This document shows positions 12,811 to 27,300 of a stretch of 64,000 nt of DNA, one piece after another (position 1 is the first letter of the stretch; every line of letters begins with the position of its first letter). The notes below the pieces were generated by a model, which worked only from the letters and a program-made list of their open reading frames with translations, was not told the origin of the DNA and made no database searches. The stretch comes from Lama glama (taxonomy: Eukaryota): positions 8,434,001 to 8,498,000 of the forward strand of contig CM052832.1 in assembly GCA_028534125.1 (NCBI GenBank). Direction: 5' to 3'. The position numbers were made by a program, and so were the translations under genes.

Positions 12811-15800
12811 GGTGACCATTTTTCTGTCCAGCACTTTCCCTTTTTCTTGAAACAGTACTTCCCTTGCTTGGGGAAACTCCTCTTCTTTCTGCCTTTCCTG
12901 CAGCCTTTCCATATAGTTCACGGGGGCCTGCCTAGTGTCTCAGTCCTTAGTGTCTCAAGGCTGGGAACTGCTGGCAGTCTCAGCCTCGTGAGGAGACAGC
13001 GAATGAATTAAGCCAAAGTGCAGAGGGAGACAGAGACAAGAGGAGGAGGGGAAGAGCCTGATGGTGGTCGAGCCTCTGGCCCCAGGTGTCCCGAGGCCCC
13101 ACTGAACCCTGCCCATCCTGGGTTGGGTCTAAGAGTAGCAAATGTCCTTTCCAAACTGGATGACTGTCACAACCAGAGAGTCCTGGCTAGTGTGGAAAAG
13201 CATGTCATCAAGACTAGCAGTAGAGTGGCAGGAAGGAAAGAGAGTGTGCGATGGAGGAACTCCTGACAAAGGAGGCAACGGGTGGGCCAGGCTTTGAAAG
13301 AAGAAGGGCTCTGACTAGGAGATGAGGGAGGGCACCTCTGAAGAGGAACACGGGGGAGTGGAGGAGGGAAGGAAAATGAGCACGGGTGGGTTTTGAGAGT
13401 CTGGAAGAGTAGGAAGGGCTGGGGAGGCACATCACCGAAGTCCCCTTCTGTCAAGCTGCAGAGTTGGGACTTTATTCCCTTCAGTCAGCGGTTCTCAGAC
13501 TGTAGTCTTCCAGGAATTCCTTAAAAATGCAAATTCAGATGCCAGCTGTGGGCAATGAGATACCATGGAGCAGGGAGATGATTGGGATGTTTAGGAAAAT
13601 CAGACAGAGACAACAGAGGAGATTGGAGATGGGGAAACTGAAGCATTGGAAGGTAATGGAAATTTAAATGCTAAGAAGAAGGGGAAATCATGAGGTAACT
13701 TTGACATTTATGAAACTTATGAAAACTTTGGAAATTGGATGAGGCCTGGGGGGCAAGTCAATCCATTTCTCTGTGAGTGCCAGGGAGACTGACAGCCCTG
13801 ATGGCGTTTATCAGGAAGGCGGCGGTGGCCTTACTTAGACACAGTGTGCATTTAAGCTCCTTCAGAAGAACCCAACAGCAACTTCTATGAGCAGTCAGAG
13901 GCAGAGGCTGGGGCTCAGAGGAGCACTGCTCTGGGTTTTGGACTTGTCAGGCTCAAGGTGAAAGCCCAAGAATGAAAGTGGCCAAGATCTCTGAAGAAGA
14001 GCAGCGCGGGGAGGAGGAACCTGAAGCCTGAACTCCATCACCCTGGGTTACAAGGATGGGAGTAGTCATAGAACCACAGTTCTAGGACCAGACCAGACTC
14101 CTCACAGACAGAAACTGAGGCCCAGAGAGCATGAGCATCCGACTTCAGGTTGCCAGCTGGTTAAAGCAGAGCCCAATTTTCCGTCTGCAGCTCCTTCATT
14201 TTGCTTTTGTAGATGTCCCCATGTGTGTGCAGGGGACAGCATCTCCCCGGGTGACATTTTGTACCCATTAGCAAAAATGTTCCAATAATTCAAAGTGTTA
14301 TAAAAGATTAAAAACTTCTTATGCAGGAACCGAATTCAGGCACCAGGAGAAAGAAATCTGATGAGCTTCTCAGCCTGACAGGGACATGAGGGCCTTTTCT
14401 GAAAGGGCACCTAGCCTTCTGCAGGAATGCCCAGCCCCAGCCAGGGCTTGCTTGGTTTGGGAAGAAACTGAGATGAGCGGGTCTCACTGGGCCCAACCAC
14501 TGGCTGAAGCTGGAGTGAGGCTAATGCCAGCCAAGCGCTGGGGGTCCGGACAAGTGATGGTGCACTCACCTGGAGAGGCTTCTGGCCTGTGCTTGGGGAG
14601 GGTACACACCGGCACTGAAGGCTTTCTCTCCTCTGGCAGTTTTGTTTGGGGCTTCCTTCCTCTGGCCTCACTTTCCTGAGAGGTTCTGGGGTTCTCACCA
14701 ATTCCACTTCTCTTTTGTATTTCCCTCACTTATCTGTAATCAGGGAGCAGCACGCCCTAGTGATCCAGCATGAAAATGAAGCAGTTTTGCTTTACAATCA
14801 ATCTGTTATACGGTCCATTTTGGTTTTATGCACTTTTGCTGAATATGTGTTTTATTTCACTTAAAAAAATTTTTTTAAGGGAAGAGAGGGGTGGGGGGAG
14901 GAGAAAGCAAATAAATCCCTGGGCAATCACCCAGTTTACAAAATATTACTTTGTAAGAGCTTGCACCCCTGGAGAGTGTTCCCCTGATTCATGTAATCAT
15001 TTGTTTATGAAAGGCACATAGTAGCTGTTCAACTGATACTTGTTGGCAAAATGAATCAAGGAAGGAATAAGGGGAATAAGATGAGTAACTTGGACAGAGG
15101 AAAAGAAACAATGCTGAAAATTTGATGGAAAACACTGAATGAGTGAGGACTCTGGACACACCCCAGTTGTTTCCAGGCTCATTGCGTCAAACAGGGCACA
15201 CCTGTAGGTAGAGAGGCTGCCACTGAGCAAGTGGTTCTTTGTCCAAGGTCTCCTCGCTCACCCCCACCCACACCTGTTTGGAGGCAGTAGTCCAAACAAG
15301 CAGGGATCTGTCCTTTTCTAAAGGTCGTGGGAAACCGAGGTGAGAGCAGCCAGGAAAGCCCAAAGCCAGCAATCCTGGCTGTCCCACAATCCCAATGGAG
15401 ATGCTGTCCCTTCCCTCATCTGCACAAAGCCAGTCAGGGAGGAGGGGCAGTGGCTGCAAAGGAAACCAGACCCTTGCCGGGAGGCACCCAGCCTGAGCTC
15501 CTGGCCTGGGCAGGGCAAGCCATGTGTTGTTATAGTTTGAGTGACCAGCTGGGAATCAGCAGGGGGTTTGTAAAGAAATCACATTAATTAGGAGAAAGCA
15601 AACAGGACCAGCAATCTCTCTGCCAGCCGTTTCTCCCGGTTTCTCTCACAGCCCCTCCCTCCCTCATCCCAAATCCATCAGCTCTCGCCACCATCCAGGC
15701 CTGTTCCCTGCCTCTGCTCACTCACAGCGAACATCTGTGTGGCTCTTGGCTCTGACCCGCTCTTCCTGGGCGAGGAGGAGAGGAAGGCTGGAAGAGCACG

Positions 15801-16539
15801 TTTATCCACAGCTGGGACCAGAACTTCCTCAGCCCCACAGCCATAGACAGGCTGACCCACCCATGGCTTCCTAACTCTTGCTTTTGCTCTGACCTGAGCC
15901 GGCTGTCCTGTTGGCTGCAGCAAGTCACTTAGATGGATCATTTCTGCTGTGAGTTTAAGTTTTTCTTGGCAAACTGAACACTTCTGGGTTCATCTGTTGT
16001 GAATATTTCCCTGAACATCTTCATTCGGACGGTTTACTTGGGACTTGAGTCATCTCCAGATTGAAGATAGAGGGTCCAGGACAAGGGGTGGAGGCAAGAA
16101 GGAAGATTTTTTTGAGGAAATGGGGTGGGAGCAAGGGGGCTGGGCTCCTGGGAAGAGGAGGTGGATGGAAGATTGTGTCAGGATCAGGAGTAGTTCATCA
16201 GCCTCCCTTCTCTCACACGTGTGCAAACAGGGTCATTACTGTTCTACAAGTTCCAGGATTGCTACTGCAGCTGGAAATAGTTCTTCCCGTGCGTGAGAGT
16301 GACTCTGCCAACACCTCAGAAACTATGGCTCTTGAAAAGAGCCTCTCCTTTGGATGGCAACTACCATCTTGCAGCCCCCAAAGAAAAGCCCTCACTTCCT
16401 TTAATCCCACAGCACAGCTGTACTTTAAAACAGTAACAATAACAACCCTACAACATACCAATTGGGGACAGGGTATATAAGGTTACTCACTAATGAAATA
16501 GAAGATGCTATTTTTGGAGTAGGGAGACAGGTCTTAGGA

Positions 16540-17530
16540 AATATGTTTGAATTAAAAGCAACCTAAATGCCTAGTCATTGGGGATTGGTTGAGTAAGTTA
16601 TGGCACTTCTAGACGGTAAAATAGTATACAGCATTTAAAATGGTGCTAAAGAACAGAAAAAGAGATCAGAGATTCCAGAAATAGATCCATACCAGATAAA
16701 ATGCAATAGGTTAAAGTATGATATTTTTAATAAATGATGCTGGGTCAGTTAAATATCACTATGGGGGAAAAGTGAATCTTAATCCCAATCTCAGACCACA
16801 TAATAAAACAATTCTAGTTCAGTTATATGTGCAAGTTAAACAATAAAACTTTCAGAAGAAAATATAGAACATCTTCATGCCCTTGACAAGGAAAAAAATT
16901 TAAATAAGAAACCAGAAATGCCAACCATAAAGGAAAGAAACCTGATAAATTACATCATGTTAAAATTTAAAACACTGCATATCAAAAAATAGACAGTTGA
17001 CCCTTGAACAACATGGGTTTGAATTGCATTGGTCTATTTACACACAGATTTTTTTTCAATAGTAATTACTACAGTGCTACTCAATCCTTGCTTGGTTGAA
17101 TCCATGGATGTGGAACCATGAATATAAAGGAATCTCAGATATGGGGGAACCCCATACACAAAGAGTAGACAATAAATTATATTCAGATTCTCAACTGTGT
17201 AGAGGATCAGTGCCCTAATCCCCACGTTATTCAAGGGTCAACCGTACTACAGAAGAATGAAAAGGCAGCCCGCAGAGGGGGAGATGACATTACCAGTAAC
17301 AGATTCAAAAAAAGTCAAGTGTCCAGAATATGTAAAGAACTTCTACAAATTAATAAGAAAGGTAACCCAATATAAAATGGGCCAAAGACTTGAACAGACG
17401 TTTTACAAAAGAAGATATCTAAATGACTTATAAACACACGAAATATGACTCATTCTCATTAGGCATCAGAGAAATGTAAATTAAATACACGAGATCCCAC
17501 TACATACTCAACAGAATGGCCAAGATGAAA
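16540..17530 (+). mobile_element. Old L1M ORF2/3' fragment interrupted by a Tigger MITE
   Basis: aaaatgggccaaagacttgaacagacgttttacaaaagaagatat...attaggcatcagagaaatgtaaattaaa. Confidence 0.8.
16994..17244. mobile_element. Tigger2-family (TcMar) MITE
   Basis: TIRs CAGTTGACCCTTGAACAAC ... GTTATTCAAGGGTCAACCG followed by TA. Confidence 0.85.
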
Positions 17531-17939
17531 AGAAAAATAAGCTTACCAGTGACACAGAGCAGGCAGAGGAAATAGCTGTGCAAAGGCCCTGGGGCCAAAG
17601 GGAAGTTCTTTGATAAGGGAATGAAAGACATGGGACGGGGGCATTAATTCTATCTCGGGTCAGCAGGATACCTGATGTTCCAGAACCATTGTTCCTAACT
17701 ATTTCAACCTCTCTGGTACAGACCTAGACCCAAGCTCAGTAAGTTGAAAAATCCACATCTGACTTGCAGAGAAAAAAAAAAGTTTTTTTTTAAAGAAATA
17801 AGGTCAGTGCATGTGATTTTACCGAAGCAGCCTGCCAGGGAACGAAAGAGGCCTTGGTGACTTCTAAGACTGGCAGACAGTAGCTAAGGACCTCCCCTAG
17901 TTCCTCGGAATAAAGCATTTAGCTGACAGCCAGAGAGGT

Positions 17940-18320
17940 GAGGGAAACGTGCACGACAAGACTAACGGAGCTAGAAACCCACAAGACGCACACTTCCTTC
18001 CCGCCACTGCGGCTGCGCGCGCGCCGTTCCGGAAGCGGAAGTGCGCAAAAGGTCAGCGTTGGCTTTCAAGATGGCGGCCCTCAATATGTTGGTGTCCGGC
18101 TGTGGAAGGCTGCTCCGAGGGCTCCTGGGAGGCCCGGCCGCGATCAACTGGGCTCGGCCTCCAGCTCGCGGGTTCAGGGAAGGTGAGTCCTGGGTCCCGG
18201 TGCCTCCCTGGGTTGAAGGGGAGCAGCGAAAGTTGCTTGCTTCAGCCCCCGTGCGCCCCTCCCTCCCTTTCCTTTGCGAGATTCTGGAATGTCGGAGATG
18301 CTGGATCTCCCGGGGGTGCT
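17940..18320 (+). promoter_or_regulatory. MRPS18A CpG-rich promoter with tandem ETS/GABPA sites, an NRF1-like GC run and a YY1 site
   Basis: TGCGCGCGCGC at 18014-18024, CCGGAAGCGGAAGTG at 18029-18043, CAAGATGGCGGC at 18067-18078 overlapping the ATG; typical of nuclear-encoded mitochondrial genes. Confidence 0.75.
18071..18182 (+). CDS. MRPS18A: MRPS18A coding exon 1 (mitochondrial presequence)
   Basis: aagATGG start, [37 protein letters not shown], donor AG|gtgagt. Confidence 0.95.
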
Positions 18321-21300
18321 TGAAATTCCCTTCCAGAACCCAGTTCTGTTATCTTGATCTCCCATGCATCGTGAGTGTCCTCATGGGGGTGGTGGAAATC
18401 GGAGAGAAAGGCTGCTTAGTTAACAGGGCAGAAGAGAAACCTGTCCCAGAGTTCAGAAAAGTTTTTGATTAGGATCTGTATGTTAATTCTGCCTTCCATA
18501 TTCGCCGAACCGCTGCCTCCTTCGTTAAAGAATCCCTGGGCCATGAGGGAAGGACATCTAGATACCTTCCCCAGAACCTCCCTGCCCAGTTTCTCATCTG
18601 AAAATGCTTTAATCAAATGGCAGCTTTTTCTGCCCGGGCCGCTAGTCTCCCTGAGAGGTGGAAGCTAAGATGGAAAGTCCTTTAAACAGCTGCAACAGAG
18701 GCGTATGTTGGATGGTGGTTTCTCTTTTCATTAATCTTAAGTCTGTAAAGACGGCCTGATTCTAGTATTGAACTGAGAGCTTACTTATGACCAAGTGCTG
18801 TACTTCAAGCTGTCAGGGGATTTTGGAGAAAAAGAAATACAGCCTTTTTCCTGAGAAGTTAGGTTCTAATAAGATGATATGTATACACTCCATAAATGCA
18901 AGTTAAGTGTTAGATATTTACACGAGGAAGTGCAGGGACATTTGGTTACTGGAAACAGCAAATCCAATTGAAAGTTTTCATGAGGGGGATGTGTCTTCAA
19001 GAGGCTCATAAAAAGATGGAATCTGGTGGAGAGTGAAAAGGTGTTTCAGGACATAGCCTTCCTTTGTGTACTGCTGGAAGCGGGAAAGGATGAGTGATGT
19101 CCAAAAAAAGTGAAGTGGGTTTTTTGTTTGTTTGTCTTTTCCTAAGATTCTGGCATCATATTGACCAGAGATCCTTTAACTAAAGCTGAGATGTATCCAG
19201 AGGAAAATAGTTATCATTGTTGTCAGAGAGAGCAGAAAAGTCCAAAAAGGAGAGCTTAATGAAGAGGGCATTGGATTTATCTTAGAAGAGGTCTCTTTTT
19301 TAGCTTTCAAACAGAAATTTCAATAGAATGACAGGCAAGGAACTCAGTTTGGAGAAATCAAAGAGATAGTTCATGAAGAAATGGAAATGGGTATGTTTGA
19401 AGAATTTAGCTATGAAGGGAAGATGGGACATTTGCTAGAAAGAACAGTGGCTAGAAAGACAACAAACCACATACTGCCTGGTTAACATTACATAAACTAA
19501 TGTATTGATGAAGACAGACACCAAAGAGATCATGCTGATGATAGAAAGGACAAGTCTTCCTTACTATGCATATTTGGGTTGGTAACTTCTCTTTGTTACT
19601 TACTGTCAGACATAAAAGCTAAAAAATTGAATTGATGTGATCTTACATGAAGGCATTACCATATACTGTTTTTCTTGAGAAGCACCTATCTCCAAAGCCT
19701 TTAAATGAAAACATTTTCTCTTGATACTTCTATCCATTATGTGTAAGGCATAAAGTGTTACACATATAACTAATTTTGACTGGTCCTAACTGGTATATTT
19801 GACACACAAATAATATTGTACACATAGAATTTAAAGTTTTGGGGAGGAAGCTGTGTATCTTGCTGAAAATATTCAAGCGTTCTCTAAGGACAAAATTAAT
19901 TGATTGTAAATGTAACAGTTTATTTCTGAACTCAGTTCTGTCTCATTGATCTAGTTCTGTATGCTGGTTACTACACTGCTTTATTAATTGTAGCTTTGAG
20001 GTAAGTCTTGCAATCAGGAAATGTACATCCTCCACCTTTGTTCTTCTTTCTCAAGATTATTTTGGCTCTTCTGAGTCCCTTACATTTCTGTATGAATTTT
20101 AGAATCAACATGTTAATTTCAATAAAAAGGCCAGCTGAGCTTTTGATAGGGGTTGCATTCTGTAGATCAGTTTGTGGAATATTGCCATTTCAGTATTAAA
20201 TCTTCTGCTGCATGAAAAAGAGAATCAAGCATTCTACTTTTCAAAGTATCAGATACTTAATTGCAGTCAGAGTTCATGGGCAAGCAGCATCACCACTACT
20301 GCCTACAGAAATTCTCAGTCTGAAGCAGTGGTTCTCAATTAGGGGCAATTTTATTTCTCAGGGAACCTTTGGCAATGACCAGAGACAGTTTTCGTTGTCA
20401 CAGCTGGTGCTCCTGGCATCTGGTGGGTAGAGGCCAGAGAAGCTGCTAAACGTCTTGCAATGCAGAGGAGAGTCCTGCAACAAGAACCACCTAGCCTGAA
20501 ATATCGATCCTGCCACTGTTGAGAAAGCGTGGTCTAAAGTTTGACAGAGGGACACACAAAACCAAAAAAGATGATTATGGGAGAAGCAAGACTTAAGGAG
20601 GACAAAAGTGGAAATTGTGGTTTACTAAGTGCCTGCTGCAAGCACTATGCTAGGTTTTCCACGTACAGTTATTCAATCTTCTCAACAGTCCTTAAAGGTG
20701 GATATTATTGGCATTTTTACAAATGAGGAAACCTGTCCAGGGATGTTCCTTGAAAGCTCTCATCAGTTAACTTGCTGAAGACCATTTAGTGCTTTCATGA
20801 TTGATGCTGCCAGACTTAGCAAAGATTGTGTTATATACCTGATTCCTGCTTTATCACTCTTAGAGCCCTTGTGAGGGCAATACATTTAAAACAAGAAAAA
20901 TGGGAGGAGGTTTAGTATGCATGAGGTCCTAGGTTCAATCTCCAGTGCCTCCCTAAATAAATAAACAAACCTAATTAGCCCCCCCAAAAAAGGGGGGGAC
21001 AAGAAAAATAAGCACATATGACTATCTGAATTAACAGTAATGATCTATCAGACCCTCAGAACAGAGTGTTGAAATGGGTCAGGGCTGAAGAGAATTTTCC
21101 TCATCTTTTCCAGTTAGTTAAGGGAGCTTTCTGGAGGACCTAGCATTTTAGACAAAGATGTGCCTGGCAGGATGGGCAGCCCTCTAAAAGCTTTGAGAGA
21201 GTAGTGAGCAAGTTGGGGGCTTTAAAGGATTCAGGAGACATAGTTCAGAGTAACATGCTAGTGGAAAGATATTTTTCTGCAGCAGTAAGACTGCTCGTTT

Positions 21301-24300
21301 GAAGGATAGTGTGGATGGACATTCCCTCAGCGATCCAAGGGAAAGGGAAGGGGTAAGTGATGAGAGGATCAGAAATTAAAGATGAACCGAAGGGAGCAGT
21401 GCTTGGGCAAGGAAGGAGTTTGAGAAAAGTAGTCACCAGGCAGAAGTGCAACTGCACTTCCCAGACATGTGCTCCACTCCCTGACCCTACGTAGGACTGT
21501 TGGACCTTTTAGCCACCTTACCATTTGGTTACTCCATCCCTTCCTGCTCTGGTTGGGGCTTGGTTTGCGTAGATCCTTTCCAAGAAGGACCTTACGGTCT
21601 CTGGGTACTTCCTGCAGCAGTGCCCTCTACTCATCATCCCTCTTTCCTCATTTCCTCCTTTACTAAACAGCTGGGTCTTTATCCTGCTGCAGTTGCCTAT
21701 GTCTGTGTTTACGTGGCCATCAAGGCTTTTTGCGTTCACTGCAATCTCACTGCAATGCTGTTTGCTCTAGACTGTTACAACTCAGTTATCTTGGACTCCA
21801 TCCTAGGCGAGTATTTACTGAAGTACTCAAAAGGCCTCTTTACGAGGCATGAATTTTATTAGAGTGAAGTTCCCAGGCTTGGTTTCGGTCCCTTTTCTCC
21901 TCCAGGGCAAAGACTATGTCTCCTATTCTGCTGGAGCTCTCCACAGCGGGTGGAGCTGGGCTGTACACTCCACAGGTGTAGGGGTGCCAGTGTGTCGCCT
22001 CACGTGGCACAGATTATTTGATGCGTATGAGAAGTGCCTGGCTTAGAAGATTTTGGCCCTTAATCCTAGTTTAGAAGTCTGCTTCATCTCTTTCCTTGGT
22101 TTACTTGATACAGCCATATCTCAGAACACAAGGGTTATTCCATCTTTTTCTAAACAAGTTTTCTTGTTAGTGACTAACAGTTTTCTGTTAGTCTAGCTTA
22201 TTTTAGCCACCCCCACTTCTCTTGAATGGAGAGGAGGCCAGGGACAAAATGGGTCTCAGGTTTTGTTTAATTTTGACATGTTTTTGTATGCACACTGAAA
22301 ATCAATACTATTTTGATTCCTATCTCCTGCTCGCAGAGGCTTGAAATCTACAAGGGACTCTTTGGGCTGGCAGAGGCTTGAAATCTACTAGGGCCTCTTC
22401 GGGCTCCAGCCGGGCCCTCTGCCCCTGCGCTGAGACACCGCCCTGATCAATCTCAGTCCCTTAGGAGTTCTCAGGTCATTCCTTCTGGTTTGACAAATTG
22501 TCTCTAGTAGATAAGCATCTGCCTATTGTTTTACCCACTGGCTTGTTGTAAGATGATTCACTGGCTCAGAGCTGCTCTGTGGGGAGCTCATGAACAGTGG
22601 AGCTTGCCACAGGCTTTGATCTCTCTTCCAGGGGCCAGTGGGATGACTTCAGGGTTTGGTTCTTTGCCTGGAGTGATGTGTGTTTTGCTAGACTTGTTTA
22701 CCTCATGGTTCAGACCCAAGTGCCTCCACGGAGAGGGGAAGCACATGTTTATCTGCTTCGTTTCAGGGCACTGTTCTCCTGCCGACCAGAGAGGTACCAG
22801 AACGGGTCTCTCCTTTTGTTTCTTGTCAGGATTCTTAAAACTCGCCCCCTACCTGTTGGTGCTCAGATTGGGTCACCCTCTGTCCCTCTTCCAACTTGGT
22901 TTTTGCAAATTTGCAAAGTTTCTGGGGTGCCTGGCAGCCCTGCCAGTCTGGGGCTGGGCCCTCCTTCTGCCCCCACCACATTTGTAGGCTGACACATTGC
23001 AGTGACTGTCCCCCTGCAGTTGTGCTGGCCTCCAGACTGAGTACCAGGATGAATCTCACCCACATTGCGTTTAGCTGGTCTCTGTTCTGAACAAGTAGAG
23101 CCGCATGTGGGGTGACGCATTTTCTCTTTCAGGGAGAAACCTAGTTTGTCTTTAAATTGATTAGTAACTATAGTGTTCTCTGGAGAAAGCCTCGGGGCCT
23201 TTCTCGCCTTTGTTACTCCTTTGTGTCTGGAGTTGAATGTTGAGGGGCTCTCAGGTTGGTTGTTTGCAATAATGAGTCTTTATGAATGGCCGTGCCCAGA
23301 AAACAAACGGGGGACGATTCCAGGCAGTCTGTGTCCAATTAGGTGTCGGTCACAGAGCTCAGTGATCACAGATGCTGCCGTGGGCCTCTGGGTGGGTTAG
23401 AATTGCCCACTTTTTTTCTTAGACATTCTCTTTCCCTCTTTTTGTTGTTTATTTTTTATTGCAAAAGCAGTACATGTTTATTTTAGAAACTTTAGGAAAC
23501 TGCCTACTGCCCCCACTGAGGGAAAACTGGTATTACCATTTAGGTACGGAGCTGGGGGGGTCTGGGAGCCTCCTGTAACCCGTATCTAATGGTGTGTATG
23601 CTTACGGACATGTTTCCAGGGCGGGATCCATAACTTTCATTAGATTCTCAAAGTTAACCTTAGGCTCTTCCTAATCTGTACTACTTTCCTTGGCTAGAGC
23701 TGAGTAGAACTAATTGTGGTAGCCAAACTGCTTTTCAAATGCGATTTTTGTATTTGGGGAGATGGTTTGCATCCTAGATATGTGCCCTCATGTTTCATTA
23801 CAGTAATTAGCAGTCAGAAGGGGACCGGGACAAGTGTTTTGCTCCCCATGTGCTCACGAGCATCTATTGAGCATCTGTGGTTTGCCAGTTCTGGCAGTAA
23901 CACCTATGGCTTGTCTCTTTCTAAAGAAACTGGGAGACCAAGGGAGAATCTCCAAGAACTTTCAGTTTGATTATTTGCCGTATGTGGGATATTAGCTTGT
24001 TATTCCTTTGGGTATTGTTGAAGTTCTCGTTCTGCATCCTGGTTAAGTAAGAGGAAATATGTACAGCCTGACGTGTGTGACTTAACTGCCTTGCCCTTGG
24101 GTTCTCTTCTGACTGCCTCAGACCTGAATAGGCAAAGAACCAAGGGAGCCCGAGTGTGGAATTGCAGTACTTCCCTTGAAATTCTGCCTGGACCCAGTAT
24201 CTGCAGGTCCGTCGCTCCTACCTCTTCCATCATCCCTCTCCAAGTGTGGATGACAAAGTGCAACCCCGCAAGGAGAGGAGAGGAGAGGACTTAACTCACA

Positions 24301-27300
24301 CAGTTGCCCTCACACAGCTTTAACACAAGGCTCTCAGGATGTTTTAGGTGTGAACTTTTCTCACTGCTTATCCACGTAGGGCCCCTGGAGCAGTGGTAGT
24401 TCAGTGCTGTATCTTAGGTTGCAAACTTGTCAAGGTCAGGAATTGTGTTTGTCTGGTTCTTGTCATGAAAAAGCACATGTAGTGGGTACATCTGAAAGTC
24501 TTTTAGATGTGTCTGCCCTGCCCCCCCCCCAACTCTTAGGCCATTACCGCTAGACACAATAGGGCAGGATCCTGCCAAGTCCCTTGGAGAGACCCCAGGG
24601 GGAATCTCAGCTTAGAAGGGCAGAAATAGTGTGGAGACCCTTAATCCCAGAGAGAAGATAGGACTTGGGCCTCTGAGTTTGCCCCACCCACCTCAAGGGC
24701 ACAGAGCCTTGACACTTCGAGGTGACCCTGCATACTTCCTCTTCCAGGTGGGGACTGTGGGAGAGGGCAGAAAGAAGGCTCTGATTCTCTGCATGTGCAG
24801 AGTTTGAGCTACTATCTGAAACTCCCTGTTCCTTATTAAATAGCTGGCCTAATTTTTCCCCTTTATCTCTGTAGTGGTGGAGATCCAAGAAGGGAAGACG
24901 ACTATAGTAAGTACTGTCAAGTTGGCTACTTCTAGCCTTTTTAACTCTTGGAACTGCCTGGCGCTCCTCTGAGGGAGGTGGGGGGGAGGCCCCCGCTGGA
25001 CTCCTGGCTTAAGGATCTTGTTCCCTCTGTGACCATAAATCCCACAGTCTATTATTTTTCAGCCTGTGTGCCGGAGTGTGGTTAATCAGGACTGAAACAT
25101 CTGTTATTTGATTAAAGTCGCCTTTGGTGTGACAAGGGCTCACAGAGGTATTTGCTGATATGTTCTTTGGTGGGTGATAGGTCAGTTTTCTGAAGGGGAA
25201 ACTAAGGAATAGCAGGACTAGAGAGAGTAAGTTGACCCTGGGCCAGGAACCTGGATCTTAGTGTCTTTCCTTTCTGCCTAGAATGACCAAGCTACTCCTT
25301 AAGTGTTACGTTAAAAGGTGACACTTTCTGGGCCCTAGACTCATAGCTGGCACCCTGGCTTGTCTGTTGGTGAGAAAGCTAGGCCGATTCTTCACCCACT
25401 CATTCTCCCCTTTCACTCACTGGGCCCACCTCACCTCCCTTCCTCAGGGAGTCATGGGGCCTAGATTATCCTATAATCCCTGAAAGACAACGTTGTTTTC
25501 ACATGGTCTTTCACGCCTCCAAGAAATCCTCAACCACTCCACAGAGCTCTCAGAAGCCTCTGTAGCTTCCATGTCAACCAGGGATTTAACCCTTCTGGCA
25601 GCTGGCCAAGCTCGGTCCTCCCCAAGGCCGTCTTATCCCCAGGACAGATCCATATGGTTCCCTCTTTGGGTCTTCCCCAGAACATTCCCTCAGCCTTTGC
25701 AGTGCTTAACCTCAAAACAGTTTTTTCTAATAACTCAATAAAATAATGTTAAAAATAACAATAAATAATAAATAAAAAAACAGTTCTTTCTAGGGGGCCC
25801 CCATTCCCTTAGGGCACCTTTTCTGGTTTCCTTGTTCAAAGTTAACACAAGCATTCACCCTGTAAACTCCATGCTGGTGGAGAGAAACACACTCCCTTGA
25901 GGGTGAAGAGTGTTTTTCCTGTGGGGTGTGAATCTGCCATCTGTGGAGTGAACACAGAGGCATGTGGCTCCATGTGAGCCTTTTGGGGCAGAAGCCCAGC
26001 CAAGCCCGGAGAGGCGCTGCCATGGCTGACTTTAGGTATTGCTCACTTTCCAAGGTCTCACTTTCTTCATCAGTAAAATAAGATCATGATGCCGCCCTCA
26101 CTAGGTTGTGGGGTCAAATGAGATAGTACACGTGGACCATTATTAGCACAGAGCCAGGCATATAGCGGGAGTCAATAAACGTTAGCTCCCCTCACCCTGG
26201 GCCCATCCCGACCCCCTCCCAAGGCCTTCCGTGCCCCTGCACATTTTCCCTAGCACACGTCTCCATTTCTGGCATAGCTGTGGTGGCCTTGACAGAAAGG
26301 TAGTAGCAGCGCCCTGCACAGCCAAGTCTTGCTTCCAGCCCCCTTTGCCTTTTGTCAGTTCTCCGCCAGGAGACAGTGTTACTTCCCCCCAAAGCCTCTC
26401 AGACCTGCACCAACCTCACTCATAATCCGTGGCCTCAATCAGCAAGGCTTTTTAAACTACCCCTCTTGCAATTGGAGCCTACTCCCAGATCATTGGTTTA
26501 TTGCACTTAATAATTCCAAGGCTGTGTCACAGGATACAGCAGCCTTGGTGGAGGTCATTTCACACGTGGCCTCAGTGGGGTCTGAAAGGTGGCATCCAAA
26601 ATGATAAGAGGAGGAGGGCAGGGAAATGTGTCCTCCCCTTTGTGTTTTTGGAAAGAGAGGAGAAGGGGGGTGTGCACAGATGTCTGCTTGTATAGACATA
26701 GACCAGGGCTTCTTGGCACCATACTGTTGGTGTTTTGGACTGGCTGATTCTCTGGTGTGGGGTCTGTCTTGTACATTGGAGGATGATCGGCAGCTCCCCT
26801 GCTAGAGGCCAGTAGCACCCCATCCCTCCAAGGTGACGATTAGAAATGTCTCGGACATTGTCCAGTGTCCCTGGAAGAGAAAATCATGCCTGGTAGAGAA
26901 CCTCTGGTATAGACTCACCTCTGTCAGATAAAGCTGGAAACTGCAGTTTCCTCTGAGGAGGATATGTGGAATGGGAGGGAGACTTCCTTTGGACTCCACA
27001 TCCCTGCACAGTGTGAAACTTTTTACCATGTGCATTTATTACTTTTCCCCAAAGCCGGGAGAGGGAAGTATAATGTTTTGGGGTTTTTGTCTTTTCTGAG
27101 GAAGGAAAGGTAGCTTTCAGCTAATGCAGCAAACCACTCCCTCTTGCCACCAGCATTAAATTAAGTTCAGTTTCTACTACGTTTGCAGGCCACCAAACCC
27201 CATCTCTGTGGCCACCCCAAGGCCCATTGTGCAGCAGCTGCAGAACTGCCACCATGGTTCAGGTGGAGAGACCCATTCGCTACTCCCATGAGCCCCCCAG

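Noticed and set aside
20902..20998. tRNA-like B-box sequence
   Set aside because: No cloverleaf or A box; TSD and tail identify it as a SINE, not a tRNA gene.
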